Part shown: positions 62,370 through 64,000 of the stretch, one piece after another
How the letters are laid out: every line of letters begins with the position of its first letter
Numbering within the stretch: the first letter of the stretch is position 1
Assembly (NCBI GenBank): GCA_038087875.1
Contig: CM075991.1
Coordinates: 6,138,001 to 6,202,000, forward strand
Direction: 5' to 3'
Length of the DNA: 64,000 nt
From: Malacoraja senta
Taxonomy: Eukaryota
Notes under the pieces: generated by a model
Told to the model about the DNA's origin: nothing
Databases searched by the model: none
The model's input: the letters and a program-made list of their open reading frames with translations, nothing else
Program-made: the position numbers and the translations under genes

Positions 62370-63666
62370 CTGCCACAGAAGGTAGTAGAGGCCAATTCAC
62401 TGGATGAATTTAAAAGTGTTAGATAGAGCTCTAGGGGCTGGCGAAATCAAGGGATATGGGGAGAAGGTAGGCATGGGTTACTGATTGTGGATGATTAGCC
62501 ATGATCACAATGAAGGGCCAAATGGCCTCCTTCTGCACCTACTTTCTATGTTTCTATGTAAGGCTGTCAAAGGTTATGGGGAGAAGGCAGGAGAATGGGG
62601 TTGAGGGGGGGTGCAGATCAGCCATGATTGAATGGTGGAGTAGACTTGATGGGCTGAATGGCCTAACTCTACTGTGTCTTATGATCTTATTACCAGATAC
62701 TATCAATCTAAAGGAGCCATCAGAATAAAAAGGTGGTGCAAAGAGAATTTTCTTCTGACGGGGGAAGTTAAGAGTTGAAATATGCTGCTTCTTGGAACAC
62801 ACTATCAAAAGCATTCCACAGGATCATTCTTAAAAGATGCACTTCTATTGGAGTCCTTACATCCCTTTCAGACATAGAGTGCTTTTGTAAAGCAGTCAGT
62901 GTTACATACAAAAGTTGGCAGACAGTGAAACTCAGCAAGCTGGCACAAACTACACCATAATAGTGACAAGGCAATCTGCTTTTTTCTTCTGTAATGTTTA
63001 TCAAGGGATACTTATTAACAGGTATCACGGTATAACCCTTCTATTCCTCACAATATTGCCACAGAAAATGTTATGTCCATCTTTGGCATAAAATGTCATG
63101 ACAGGATTTGCACTGGAGTGTCAGAGGATGATTTTTCTGCTCGTTGTCTGGAGCGGGTCTCGAACCCACCACCTTCTGACTGCTAACAACCCACCTTCAG
63201 CAAACATCCAGAGATGGTGTCTGACCCGCAGAGTTACTCCAGCATTGCATCTATCTTGCCAAAGACAATTGGGTTTGCACTTGTGTAGCTGGCTAATGGG
63301 GAAGGGCTGCAGTGTGGAGGATAGATCATATAATTCTTTCAAAAGACCATATTGGGGGAGTTCAGAACCAGGGGTCCCACAGTTTAAGATCTGTGGAATT
63401 CTCTGCCACAGAAGGCAGTGGAGGCCAATTCACTGGATGTTTTCAAGTAAGAGTTAGATATAGCTCTTAGGGCTAACGGAATCAAGGGACATGGGGAGAA
63501 AACAGGAACGGGGTACTGATTTTAGATGATCAGCCATGATCATATTGAATGGCAGTGTTGGCTCGAAGGGTCAAAAGGCCTACTCCTGCACCTATTTTCT
63601 ATGTTTCTATGATACGCTGAATCGATCCTGTCATTCTTTTTAGGGGATTGAGTGTCCTACTGTTGG

Positions 63667-63701
<35 letters not shown>

Positions 63702-64000
63702 CACTCACACATAGAAACACAGAGGTCCCAAACATAGGATTGAATGCTTTCTCCACTGGAACTCATGCAGGATCTAAACACTCTTTTTCGGCCGCCACAA
63801 ATGCTACCCAACTCCACCGAGTTCCTCCAGCAGCTCGTATTTTGTTCCCTCTGGGACTAATCTCCGACATCTCTGCGCAACTTCTACCTAGCGTCTACTG
63901 CATGTCAGAATTTAATCATTCCCACCATTGGCAGCCATTCAATCATTCATCAGCCAAGCCTGGAATTCAGGGCAGCACTGTCTCGCAGCGCTAGAGATCC
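62370..64000 (+). repeat. Direct duplicate of 52993-54623 (offset 9,377 bp), running off the window end
   Basis: Identical ORF sets (53124 vs 62501, 53398 vs 62775, 53721 vs 63098, 54363 vs 63740) and identical (CT)n length. Confidence 0.95.

Overview
Eukaryotic (vertebrate) genomic DNA. The V-SINE/HE1, CR1 and Penelope repeat content points to a cartilaginous fish, probably a skate or ray. The window holds almost all of the sodium-dependent vitamin C transporter 2 gene (SLC23A2/SVCT2) on the minus strand. Twelve coding exons with GT-AG boundaries and consistent phases can be read from the ATG at 55612 to the stop at 74. Three internal exons (VGSRRV...DNTIPG) are absent and probably lie in the N gap at 1382-1581. 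The introns are dense with mobile elements: CR1, Rex1/Babar, L1/Tx1 and HERO LINE fragments, tRNA-derived V-SINEs, Penelope-like remnants carrying a minimal hammerhead-ribozyme-like motif, an IR/DR Tc1 element with nested LINEs, and Harbinger-type and hAT-type MITEs. The standout observation is a 577-bp hAT (Charlie/Buster-type) MITE at 29146-29722 with intact TIRs and a perfect 8-bp TSD. It carries what looks like the complete first coding exon of an unrelated host gene (CYB561D2-like, ATG to splice donor), i.e. a Pack-type gene-capturing DNA transposon. A seemingly identical repeat with a 9,377-bp offset (52993-54623 = 62370-64000) may duplicate the SLC23A2 5' end or be an assembly artefact. 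All homology statements rest on recalled protein sequences and motifs, not database searches.
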